64,000 bases of DNA from Euprymna scolopes (Eukaryota). The notes under the pieces are model-generated. The model saw only the letters and a program-made list of their open reading frames with translations. It searched no databases and was not told where the DNA came from. Positions 53,001-64,000 of the stretch are shown piece by piece. The position numbers and the translations under genes were made by a program. The stretch's first letter is position 1. Every line of letters starts with the position of its first letter. Where the stretch lies: assembly GCA_053919585.1 (NCBI GenBank), contig CM132795.1; one strand, given 5' to 3'.

Positions 53001-53412
53001 ATGTCCGTTGCTGCGACACTGAACTCGGGGATGAATCGGAGGTCAAACTGTATTAGAGCCATAATTAGAATACAGCCGAAATAGCTTGTATCAGAAGTCT
53101 AATGCAAGGCAACAAAACTTTTTGGTTAAACGTCGAGCAGAGGTTCGCTAGTCACAAGATGAGTAGAGGTCGTTGTTCACAACAAAAAAAATACGTTCTC
53201 TATTCGCATGTCTTAAACACTTCTCTCGCTCCTCCCAGCGACTCGTCTTTTTTGTTTCAGGCACACCTAATTTGCATATCCCACACGAAATTGCTAGAGA
53301 TCTATGCATGACCGGAGGCTTTCAAAAACAGCCATCTTGGGCCTTTTTTTTTTCTTTCTTCCAAGCCTACTGCCGAAAGATTCTCGCCCGTTTCTGAGGT
53401 AGGTCCTCTGTT
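50040..53412 (-). mobile_element. Decayed Gypsy/Ty3-type LTR retrotransposon (gag-PR-RT-[RH deleted]-IN)
   Basis: gag FDLRFIPEF..IVEWLEDVEL; protease HALVDTGCTQ; RT KVRPVLDYR, LDLQKAHLQV, RMGFGLNVAP, AYIDDVYVNE; integrase CQSIEP, LIDCGPSRFAKW. LTR segment repeated at 50040-50139 and 53327-53409. Polypurine tract AGGAGGGAGGGGGA (50143-50156) lies next to the 3' LTR. Confidence 0.93.
50370..53062 (-). pseudogene. gag-pol pseudogene of the Gypsy element
   Basis: Fragment ORFs 52871-53062, 51623-51982, 51334-51588, 51094-51279 and 50370-50636 are separated by stops and frameshifts. Confidence 0.9.
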
Positions 53413-53972
53413 AATCACTTTACTATTAAATTTCTCTCTATATAGCCGAAAATTTTTTTTCTTCAGTGCTGTGTTTTACGTTGTCACCAAGCTTTTTAAA
53501 TTTTTGTTTGATCGTTCAAAATATCTAACATTTTCCTATTGTAATCAGGAGTGTTGAATGACCACACCGGCACCTTTTATCCGGTCTAGTAATTCAAATA
53601 TCTTTACTAGTCTTAAGAGTTGATGACGTTATCAGAATATTCTAATTGAATAGGCTCTCCTGTAAAAATTATTTTAAGAGCTCCACGTTCGTCAATATAT
53701 CACCTTTGCATGCAGATATGACTTCCCTTTGCAATATTGGTGGTAGTGCTCTTTTTCCACTATGTATTTCAACCATTTAACTGTTTAAACACTCTGCTGA
53801 TTTACCTCTTGGAAATAAGCCGGTCGAAAGGTACCTCGAATATCGTCTTTTTATGCAAATAGTTTTTACTATTAAATGTTAACTCGCTCCTTTCTCCCAA
53901 CGTTTGTATAAGTTGTCCCCGACTCCATATGACGCCATTTTTAAGACTGTATTATATATATATATATATATA

Positions 53973-55463
53973 TAGTAGCGTCCAAAAGTTAAGGAACGAT
54001 CGATCTTTTTTTTTTTTTTTTTTTTTTTTATGGCTTCTAACTTAATCTATGAAAAAAAATTTTTGAATTTTCTAATGTTCAATAATGGTAAAAGAAAAAA
54101 TATTTTGATTTTAATACATATTAGTTTTTTACATATAAATTTAAATTACAGGCGTCCAAAAGTTAAGGAACGAGGCAAATTCATTAAATAAGGAATACTT
54201 TCAGTATTTAGTGAAAAGCCTCTTGTTTTCAATCACACTATGGCATGTTTTGCTGCAAAACAGAACCAATCGTTCACATGTTATAGGTGAAATAATATTC
54301 CAGGATGTTTTTATACATTCCCATAAATCAAGATTTTGGGGTTTTCTGTGATCTTATCACCAATAATTTTTCAAACATTTTCAATTGGATTCGGGTCTGG
54401 GCTCTGAGTTGGCCAATCCATAACGCAAATATTGGATCTATTTAGCTCTTCTAAAACTATTTTTGCTTTATGGCACGGTGCGTTGTCTTGCATAAAGATA
54501 TCAGAATTAGAAAGATTAGGTACCACATGTTCTCTAATCAATTCTCTGTACATTCGGGCATTAACTTTTCCATGAATTCTCACAAGGGGGCCAGTTCCTT
54601 TTGAAGATATCATGCCCATACCATTATACTGCCGGCTCCAAATTTTACTGTACTTTTAACGCACTTAGGGGACAGTCTTTCTCTTTTTTTTCTTTTTTTT
54701 TTCTTCTGACATGTGGTCTTTTGTCTGATCCGAAAAGATTAAATTTAGATTCATCAGTAAAATTAACCTTTTCCCATTTTTTTTTCTTCCCAAAACAAAT
54801 GTTTTTCGGCGAATAACAATCTGGCCTTTTTATTCTTAATAGAAATTGAAGGCTTTGAGCATGGACTTCTTGAAAATAATCCAACTTCGTTTAATCTTCG
54901 TGAGATCGTTTGTCGGGAAATCTTGTGTCCAGTTTCGGATGTAAAATCCCGGGGTATTGAAGCCGCAGTTTTAAAGCGATCAGAACGAGATGATCGAGTG
55001 ATTTTTCTATTCTCCCTTTTAGCTGTTATTCGTGGTCGGCTCGATTTTTTTCTTTTCAGTCAATGGTAAACCTTTTTCTATTTTCAATAATCCGAAAAAC
55101 AACGCTTTTAGACCTTTTCAATATTTTAGCAATCTCCCCTATGGACTTTTTTTCATTATAATGGTCACAAATAGGCTGGTTTTCTTGTACAGATAGCCTT
55201 TTTCGAATATTCGGAGTCGACATTTTGTTAATAAAATTGTTAACGTTTGTATTTTCTGCGTTCCTAAACTTTTGGACGCCTGTAGTTAATTAAATTTATA
55301 TGTAAAAAAACCCAATATGTATTAAAATCAAAAATTTAAAAAAAATTTCTTTAACTATTATTAAACGTTGGAAAATTCACCAATTTTTTTTTTTCTTTTT
55401 CATAAAGTTAGAAGCCATTAAAAAAAAAATGATCGCTCGTTCCTTAACTTTTGGACGCTACTG
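53973..55463 (-). mobile_element. Tc1-family transposon with IR/DR termini, inserted in a (TA)n tract
   Basis: Outer ends TAGTAGCGTCCAAAAGTTAAGGAACG and CGTTCCTTAACTTTTGGACGCTACTG. Inner direct repeats at 54149-54172 and 55259-55282. TIRs are ~200 bp. Confidence 0.95.
54201..55223 (-). pseudogene. DD34E Tc1 transposase, frameshifted and with stops
   Basis: MSTPNIRKRLS...EIAKILKRSKSVVFRIIEK* (HTH), SRPR, WEKVNFTDESKFNLFGSD, FMQDNAPCH-(34 aa)-E in WPTQSPDPNPIE, and C-terminal TKY*. Confidence 0.93.
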
Positions 55464-56449
55464 TGTATGAGTAACGTGTAGTACATGTAATTGTAATCGA
55501 GTTTCTGCTCTTCACAATTTTCTACCTAAAAAATCAGATTTTTAAGTTTGTAGATGGTTAAAATATAAATTTAATTGTAGACAGTAATCTGCAACATAAT
55601 CGCTTCAGAAGCTACAAATTCAAATTTTAGTTTTCAGTGTTTGGATTTTAGTAATAAATGTTTCTTATACAAATCCAAAGTAATACATACAGTTCACACA
55701 ATTCGGTAACACCGGTTAGTTTGTTAGTATTTAGCTTTTAGTTTGCAGAAATAGAATGTAAATTTTTTACCTGGAATCTAATTTGGCCAATTAACTACCT
55801 AGTTACTACTTTGACACAATGTCAATGGCAACACTCATGACTGGTGTACTGTATATGGACCTGCAAAGCTCTGGTTTTTTACTGGTATATTTAAAACGGC
55901 CCTTTTCATTGTTAGGACGAGATGTAGGCATCTAGATTGCCATTCTGCATCCATTCTATATTGCTGGATGGTGTGATAGGTAGCTAATCAGTTGGAGACT
56001 GATGAGTCTTTGCCAGTTGGACTATAGTCTTTTGACGGTACTCGCAGTTCCTAATTATAGGTGTACATATCTTTACAATATTTTGGAGTTATTTGAAAAA
56101 CTGTAGTACTACCGTCGATAACATGGCTACAGCGAGCCATCATTGCAATTTTGAATCTGTGCTTAGTTTACAAGCTTGGTGCTGATTGGTGCAAGCATTC
56201 AATTTTTCTGCTTACCCAATCAGAGGCCATTTCTCAGTTGAGCACATGATGGAACTTGATAGTTATTGCTAACTTGAATCTTTTCTTTGTCAGGAGACTG
56301 TTATACAGATTTTCTCATCTTCGGTACTTATGAATTTATTCCAGTACCACCACTTTCATTTTTTTTTATTTTTTTTATATTAACAAAGATGCTTACACCG
56401 TTTTATGACTGCATCAGTTATAGTTATTGAATTCAAGCCTGAAGCGAAG

Positions 56450-56489
<40 letters not shown>

Positions 56490-57893
56490 AACGATGGGGG
56501 GGATAAAAATTCTAAAGAGAAAATATGGCGTGCCAAAAGGTCTAGACAAGGAGACGGTCTTCCAAAATAGTGTTGAACTAAGCATACGGGGATTTAGTAG
56601 ACATCGAACAATGAAAACAATGAGCGCTAAGGAAAAGTAGTTTGATCCTCGCTTTAGTGCCAAAATAATGCATTTTAGTGTCATGTACATCTCATAGCAA
56701 CATCGGATTAATTTTTGGAAATGTTTGCATCTTTGATTTTTAAATGATCCATCCTTTAAAAAGGACTTTATCTACACGTCAATCACACAGGGGGTAATCT
56801 TTTTTTTTTTTTTTTACCAGATTTCTGCGTCCTTGCATGGCTAAAAATATTAAGTATCTTATTTTCTTATTTTGGTCTATTCTAAATAAGCATAGAATTA
56901 GATAGATTTCCTTTTAATATTAAATGGTGTATGTATTTAGTATAGTTAGAAAACTAATTTTTTTTTTGGGGGGGGGGGGTTGTCCTTTGTCTTTTAGCAA
57001 AAAGACTGCATGGTTACTGTTAAATAACCAGCTGAAAACATGGTAAGGGATCTAGTTGTTCGTAATCACCGATTGTGGAGATAGTATTGGAATAATTGGT
57101 AGCAAGTTGATGCCAAGAAGTGAAGAGTTGAAAGAACTACTAATTGATTGCTAATTATCTTGTATGTTTTCAAAATTCATGTAACAATAGATCTCTTCGT
57201 CATTAACAATTGAGATGAACTCGTTTGGAATAATACTTGAATTAGTGTACAAGTGGATCGTTGATAATGACATTAGAGACGGCTGAAAACCTTCAGTTTA
57301 ACATTGCTATAACACCTCCAATGTTGGGACAAAACCAATCAAATTTGTACATTTGAATTTCTACTGACGTATACAAATTTATGCTCGAGGGTTCTTTTCC
57401 TTACTACATACGTTGTATTATAAAATCTACATTTAGAAGTGATCACGTGTAGTAAATGAAAAATTTGGAGAAAATAAAGATCTGAAATTCTTGCCATGTA
57501 AATATCAAAGCAAATTGACTACTTCACTGGTAAATAGTCTTTAACGTTTTACAAACTATTAATGCAAAAATATTTGCCTACAAAATACGATACATTAGTC
57601 ATAATGTATGCAGATATGATTGAGAATTCCTCCTGGCTTCTATGGCTAAAATAAAAAAAACAGTTAGCAAAAAACGTTCTCATCACCTGTCTAATTTCTT
57701 CCAACTGAGAAATCTCTCTGCTCTCAAGACTCTCCTTCTGTCACCAAATCCTAAATCGACGAGTGTCTAAAAGTAAGGCTTTTATACTACAATCAGTAGC
57801 ATCTCTTTTGCATAAAGCGATCAGTTGGATTAGTATGAAACTGAAAATGCAGCCATTTTTTTTATCTGCATTGGACCACAAAAACAGGTGTAC

Positions 57894-57930
<37 letters not shown>

Positions 57931-57984
57931 GCGTTTTAATTGCACGCCCTCTTGATATTAAAAATCAATCTTTCGTAGCTTGTC

Positions 57985-59830
57985 TACCATTCATGCCAGA
58001 CATCTTCATTCGTGGTGGACTGTCACACGGTTTTTCTTGCAGGATTTCGTCTTGCCAGCAAAGAAACTCTTTGTCGTGTCACATCTTGGAATACATTCCG
58101 TCTACTGCCACAGTGTTCTTGGAGAGTACATCAGTTACAGTACCTCTTCCCCATCGTGCTGTAAAACAAGGATTGCCTGTTCCACTTTACTGTTGCAACT
58201 AATGGCTCTTGATTCGTACATAAAAACGACTGTGGCACTGACATTTCATCCTGACCAGACTTTTGTGCTATATACCAAAATACCGCCTCTTGGGGCGAAA
58301 TTTGACTTGTTGCCACAGCTTTTATAGTACGACTAACCTGAGTGGCTGCTGTTGCCCGGGTGTTTGGAGGTGTTGAGTGCAAAAATGGTAGTAGGCAAAG
58401 GAGGAAAAGAACGTAGTCCATTGCAGAGCCGGAAGTGGCGAAGGTTTCGATTAAGGCTAGTCAATCGAAAAGAGGGGATGACTTTCGAAAATATTTGAAA
58501 AAAAAGCGACCCCTTCTTGTAGAAAAGTGCCCAGTTGAGGATGAAGGAATGTTTTTAGCCAATTCTTCGATATTTGTCTGAAGGGTCGAGCTTCAAAATG
58601 ATACTGATCTCGTGAAAATCCGTCGGCTGTCGAAAGTTTTAGGCAGACATACATAGTACTTAAATCCGATTTGATTGTGCCTCTCTGTAATCCCATTACC
58701 ACTCAGTCAGTACGCAGCTCGAAAATATTGCCTAATGATCAACTTTGCACATAAAAACTTCTGAGCAAAAGGACAGGCCATTATCAACTAATACTCCTAC
58801 CGGTCGCCTTTCCAGACACATCTCAACAATTTTCTTAACTTCTGCCATTCCCATTCTCATTATTTGGCATGTTGCTAACCGCATAGGGCCACAATTATAG
58901 TCAGATAATGTCAATGGCCAGTCGCCTCCAATTTTCTGCCACATGTAATTCCCGTTTTCATGTTCAGCTAGCGCAGGGTCAATGGATTGACATTCCCTAC
59001 ATTGCTCCACCACTTCCCGGGCAACTTCCATCGTGATGTGTGGATTAATCTTTTTTGCTAAGTATAAAGTTGGTTCTTTCCTGAAGTGATGCATCTTATG
59101 CAGGTCACCAGCTGTTCCACTGTACAGCACAATGGAGCCACAGCCTTTTCCCTTAGCCAAGCATTCTTCACTCTGGTCAATCCATCTGCTTTATTCTGTG
59201 TTGTAACCAAGGTAATAGTTACCTTCAATCCAAATTCTTGGATTAGGTCTCAAAATGCTCCAAGTTGACGCTTTATAATCATTTCTGCTGCCCCTTTTGT
59301 CTTGATCCGCTTATCCAGACACCTCCGATCTAATACATGTTACTGTTAACGAGACTGTAACGTCTATCTGTAGCTCCCATTTTAAAGCCAGATTGATGCC
59401 CTTCCTCATAGCATCAAGATCTGCAAAATTGATATGGGCAATATCGTTTTTATTCTTTTTTTTTTCGTAACCAAGCAGCATCTTCAGCAGTTGAATTTCC
59501 TATTTTTAATAATACCCTAATGTTAGGTTGCTAGCATCACTCCATATTCTTACTCCCGGCTCCTTTCTATGCCATTCCCCCTTCACCGATTTCACGTTTT
59601 TCACTTCTACAATGACTTGTATCATGAATAGCACTCCTCGGTCAATCCCCTCCTATTGATCTGTACCCGTCTGCCTCTTAAAGCTGCATGCTGTTTGCAA
59701 CCATCCGGTGATGGAGTAATGGCTGACCAACTTTCCACATATTGAGAAAAGCTCTCTTGATCAGCCCCCCCACCGCTTCAGGAATTTCGTCTTATTCAAA
59801 TATCAACTTTCTTGCCTTATTCTGCTGTAA
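57985..59830 (-). mobile_element. Second Gypsy-type pol fragment (RT end, RNase H, integrase) from a different subfamily
   Basis: RNase H WSDASN, EDAAWLRK, HINFADLDAMRKGINLALKW; integrase HKMHHF...CRECQSIDPA, VLVDNG, FRAAY*LSGNGITERH | RTIKAVA..ISPQEAVFWY, WGRGTVTDV. Confidence 0.88.
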
Positions 59831-60129
59831 TCTCGATCCAAATGTATAGATTACTAGTAATATTGTACGTTATTTTGTGGGTTGTCAAAACTTGTACACA
59901 TTCTGTTTCACATTACCATTGTAGACCGTTATAGTTGAGGCCCCCACAAAAGTGCTTTTGTTATGGCCAAAAAAGACTTTAGTTGTTAGGCTCTGAAAAA
60001 AAATTCTGAGAGTGGTGAAGGGAATAGTTCATTGAAATGGGAAGTGCATAGGGCGTTTGCCAGTAAGCGGGATTGGGGACTTTTATATGTTTCCAACATG
60101 GTAATTGTTTTTTTTTTTTTTTTTTTGAA

Positions 60130-61820
60130 GGATTTGTGACATGGGAGTTTCAGTTGGAGCAAGAATTGCTCACTAGTGAAGGCTGCTGCTGGAGCTCGCT
60201 AGTGTTCAAATGCATGTGACTGAAGTAGAATGGAGTCCCTGGAGATGTTGTCCAAAGCAGCCAATAGGCTGCCGATGGATGGAGGGCCGGTGTGTTACTG
60301 CAGGTCCTAATGTTTAAGGCAATAGCTGTTATGGCTGGGCTGTCAAAGACTCTGGCTGTTGCATCTTGTAAGGTGCAGGAGGCGGCTGCATAGACACGTA
60401 TGCTATCTCATAGCTGCATCACTGTGGGCTTTGGTGGATGCTGGAACTGGTGTTTCTTTTTCCTGTTACATTCTTTACCTAGTGTAGCAGGAAGACCACT
60501 TGTGCTTTGAAGTCTTTGTAATCATCCTTAAGCTCCATGGTTTCTGTAGATCTACTGGCACCAGTTCTTCACATGCAGCCTCTTCCACCTTTTGTTCTGT
60601 TCTACTGCTTGGGAGGTCAGTACCAACTAGTTGCTGAATCCAGCCATGCAGATTTCCTCTTTTCCTTCCCCTTGGAAGTCCTGGTCGTGAGGGTCTCTAT
60701 GAAGATCATCTCTGGTTCTTCCACCTCAAGACCTGACTAGCGCCGTTTGCTGAAACTCGAATCTGGTTTCTGCCGTACAATTTGACTAGCCTGTCTGCAA
60801 CCCTTTTGATGTGGTCGGTGAGGAACCCAAAGTTCTGAATCGCCCTGAATTCCTGCATTGGGTTCTTCAGTTCCAGAAGAGCCTTGCTTCAGAAGCTTGC
60901 CAGCCGATGTCCGCATAGAATACAACCAGGTCTTCAAGGCATGGGCAGAAGAGTAAACAGACAGTGGCAGTTCTCCAGCTTTAGGATTTCAGTGAAGTGT
61001 CCTTTTCATGCCGTTTCTTCTCGTAGAACATAGCATTGTCCATGAACCAGTCAGCCACATTGTTCATCTTCGGGAGGCAGATGCAACTTGTCATATCTTC
61101 TCCTGGCTGGGTCTTCAGAGTTGCGTTGACAAAGATGATCCAGTTCTGGAGGCCTGGTGCAAAACTAGCGAAGGTGGTCCAGGAATCAAACAGGCTGGAT
61201 CAACATCCTCAGTAGGCATTGACTGAAGTGGATGTTCTTCAGGCTCTTCTCTGGTGTCAGCCTCTGCAGCAGCCTTGGATTTCTTTGAAGCTCTGACCTT
61301 ACGCATTATTGTAGACTTCTCATACACATTGATGTGATCTCATCGAAAGCAGATAAAATGACTTTGGACTAGCATACTCCTATTTGCACTACCTCCAAAC
61401 CGTAGTGCACTGATCAGATCATACGTGATATTCAATCAGTCGACACTTTGTTGCATATGTACCTCATACTTAGTACAACCATCACAGCTGTGAATCAATC
61501 TGTGATGCGTCCCTGCACATATGGCATGGTGGACATTCACGTATGCACCAGATTAGTTGAATGTCCGTCAGCTATGCTATGGGTGTCTTACCTGGAGAAG
61601 ACTCCCAGATATTTCAAATATACTTAAAAAATTTTGCAGCGACTAGAAATTTCCAGTGTGTACTGGGTAGCATCAGGGATGTTTCCCCAATGGGCAGACG
61701 GGTATCTGCTATCGATCCACCATACTCTACCTGTATTTGGGAAGGGATAGTGACAATGGATTGACCCTGTTGAAGTCTGCTCACACTCTTTGGGTGACTA
61801 GCTCTCAGAACGCACTAGAT
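60130..61820 (-). mobile_element. GC-richer decayed retroelement, possibly L1/Tx1-like ORF1 plus start of ORF2
   Basis: Abrupt GC rise. Degenerate Cys/His knuckle-like words near 60940-61080 and AIALNIR (APE start-like) near 60310-60330. Confidence 0.35.
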
Positions 61821-62670
61821 GTAACATATTTAAAATTCTACAAAGTGTTAAAACAAATATATAACAAGTGTTTCCAAAGTCAAGATAATGTACGTTGAAA
61901 CTTAACTGCATAATATTGTAACTGATATCAAACTAATGGGTTAATGTGCACTGGTTGCACAGCTTTGAACCTGCAAAGGTTTTTTAATCCAAAAGTTGCT
62001 CTTAACATGGGTAGGTTAAAAAATGCCTTTCGGAATAAACTCCCTTTTGTAGTTGGACAACCAGTGCACATTGACCAACCAAAGCTGTTTACCTGTTGAG
62101 CCTTCCGAGCAAGGAAGGAACAGTTTGTTTTTGACTTCATTGTATGTCAGTTACATGTGCAGTAGGAAAGTTAGCATTGCATGTCAAAATACTAATAATT
62201 CTGAAAGTATTTGTTAGAGCCCACCATAGCAAAATTTTAAGGGTGAGGGATCAATATTTCCAAGATTCTGCATAATTTTTAGAATTGCATATGTAGAAGT
62301 TGAATTTTTATTGTGCGATTATAAAATGTTAGATTGTATATCTTTATACTTAGTGTAGTATGTACTGATGCTACACTTCTCCTTTTCTGTACTTCATGAA
62401 GATTTCCAATCTCCTGACCATCTTTCTTTTTGTTCCTATCCAGTGTGAAACCTTTATTTTCAGGTGGATTTTCCACAAATTAAAAACCCACCTTATGTGT
62501 AACATTGCTCTCGGTCGTAGGCAAGTAAATAGGAACAATAGGATAATGTTACGGTTAACATTTCTGTTTGAGCAATTATGGTTTTGGTTGGTTGTTGGCT
62601 GTTTTTTACAAGATGTTATTTGTTAGTGAAAGTATGCAATAGTAGCCCAACAGTATGCCCGCCTCAAGGT

Positions 62671-63238
62671 TGTAATGGATTGCTAAATCACATGATTTGT
62701 TTGATTCTGTGCCTCCCGAGTGTGTGTGTGTGTGGGGGGGTCACCTCAAACACACAAAAGGGAATAAATCTGAGAAAGTAGAATCTCCACTCCCGTTGCA
62801 CCTCCTCTCCTGCCAGATTTGGAGTCTCTCTAGCACCGAAAAATGAAGCTCGTTTTGTTGTTTCCAGCTTCACGCGCACATGAGATTTTTGCGAGAACGC
62901 ACAGAATAAAATGCTGGCTGCCAGCTTTGTTTTCCTTTTCTCGGCCTGAACTCACTCGCTGCACTCCCACGGTAAGACTTCTGTTTTTCTTAGGTTCTGG
63001 CCACAGATTCATTAAGTGTAAAAAAAAGAATGAATGTCCCATGCTGGAAAGTATGAATATATAAAATAAGCAGCATATGTATTGTACAAACCTCGGCCCT
63101 TGCTTTTAGGGGATCAGAATGAGAAAGTGTCTGAATAAATTAATGGGTATTTCTGCAGGTTAAACCCCGTGTAAACGTATTGGGCAAAGAAAAGTGGCTT
63201 ACCAAATTGTTTTGGGGTGTCAACGACACTGGGTTACA
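62671..63238 (+). mobile_element. Possible LTR followed by a decayed gag-like sequence (to ~63750)
   Basis: TGTAA...TTACA termini with internal AATAAA. Downstream EWPELIQS and DYKG-like words resemble Gypsy gag. No TSD. Confidence 0.35.
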
Positions 63239-64000
63239 GCAGAAAAGAAATACCCAACTAATTCTCGGCCAGAAAAAAAAAATTTTTATACAATTACTCC
63301 GAACTTTTATAAAAAACGGAAAGTAACAATGAAAAGTAAAAACACTACTACGGTGGGCTTTGTTTTCATAGAAACTGTTTAGTAAATGAAAGGGAACTTT
63401 TCTAAGAAATTCCTCGGAGCAAAAGTAAATTTCATTGCGATTGTATTTGAATGCTACATTAGCGTTTGTTTAGCATGTGGAAACCGTTAACCCGGAATAT
63501 AGGAATGGCCAGAGCTCATTCAATCAGAATAGAATTAGTCTGGGAAAATTTTATTTTTGTAGCAGAAAAAGTAAAGATTACAAGGGGTTAAACCCGATCT
63601 GTCGAAAGTGCAGAATTCCTCCCAGTGATTACTGGGGGCAGTAAAACTTATTTAGAGGAAAAAACACTCTTTTCTAAAGATGATTGATGTTGCTCCTAGG
63701 ATAGAAATGTAGGATTTTATAAAACGACTGTCTAAAATGGCGTGCTAAAGACGGTGGTAGATATTATAGATATAATTTTTTTTCATCACACGAAAACAAT
63801 GAAATTGCGATACGAAAATCGCGTTTACCTAATTGATGCTTTAAATAACGTTTCCATCTGGTAAGCATTCAGAACGTGAACACCTACCGGTGTTTAAATC
63901 TAGCAAAAAACTAATGGTCAGATTTTCATGAAATTTTCGATACTTATCCATTTTAAAATGAAATTACATAAAATGCACTTGCTGTAAAATGAGGGAAATA

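Noticed and set aside
63895-63960. DINE-1/Helentron-like core (CAGATTTTCATGAAATTTT); similar weak words at ~38480, ~45970 and ~46410
   Set aside because: Too short, and termini are not visible in the window.
1-64000. tRNA, rRNA or prokaryotic operon/defence system
   Set aside because: No cloverleaf or rRNA motifs were seen, and there are no long ORFs. The content is eukaryotic TE-derived.

Overview
AT-rich eukaryotic (probably invertebrate animal) genomic DNA with no intact host gene that I can support. It is a transposon graveyard. Positions 1-22.3 kb hold a near-identical tandem duplication with a period of ~11.2-11.45 kb; each copy carries a decayed Tc1, a small Helitron-like element and LINE fragments. 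Further along are a perfect 10 x 17-bp minisatellite, two diverged relics of one ancient sequence, CR1/L2- and RTE-type LINE fragments, a solo LTR with a compact CCAAT/CRE/ETS/TATA promoter, two copies of a structured SINE-like element, two Gypsy-type LTR retrotransposon remnants, an IR/DR-type DD34E Tc1 and an assembly gap. The most unusual feature is a GC-rich head-to-tail array of ~2.25 copies of a ~377-nt non-coding unit (44658-45505). Its many hairpins (two UUCG tetraloops) keep their pairing between copies even where the sequence is completely replaced. It looks like a retrozyme- or viroid-like RNA monomer but has no canonical hammerhead core. Three independent exact micro-inversions (20, 23 and 30 bp) are also visible between repeat copies. 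All family assignments come from motifs recognised by eye; no searches were run.
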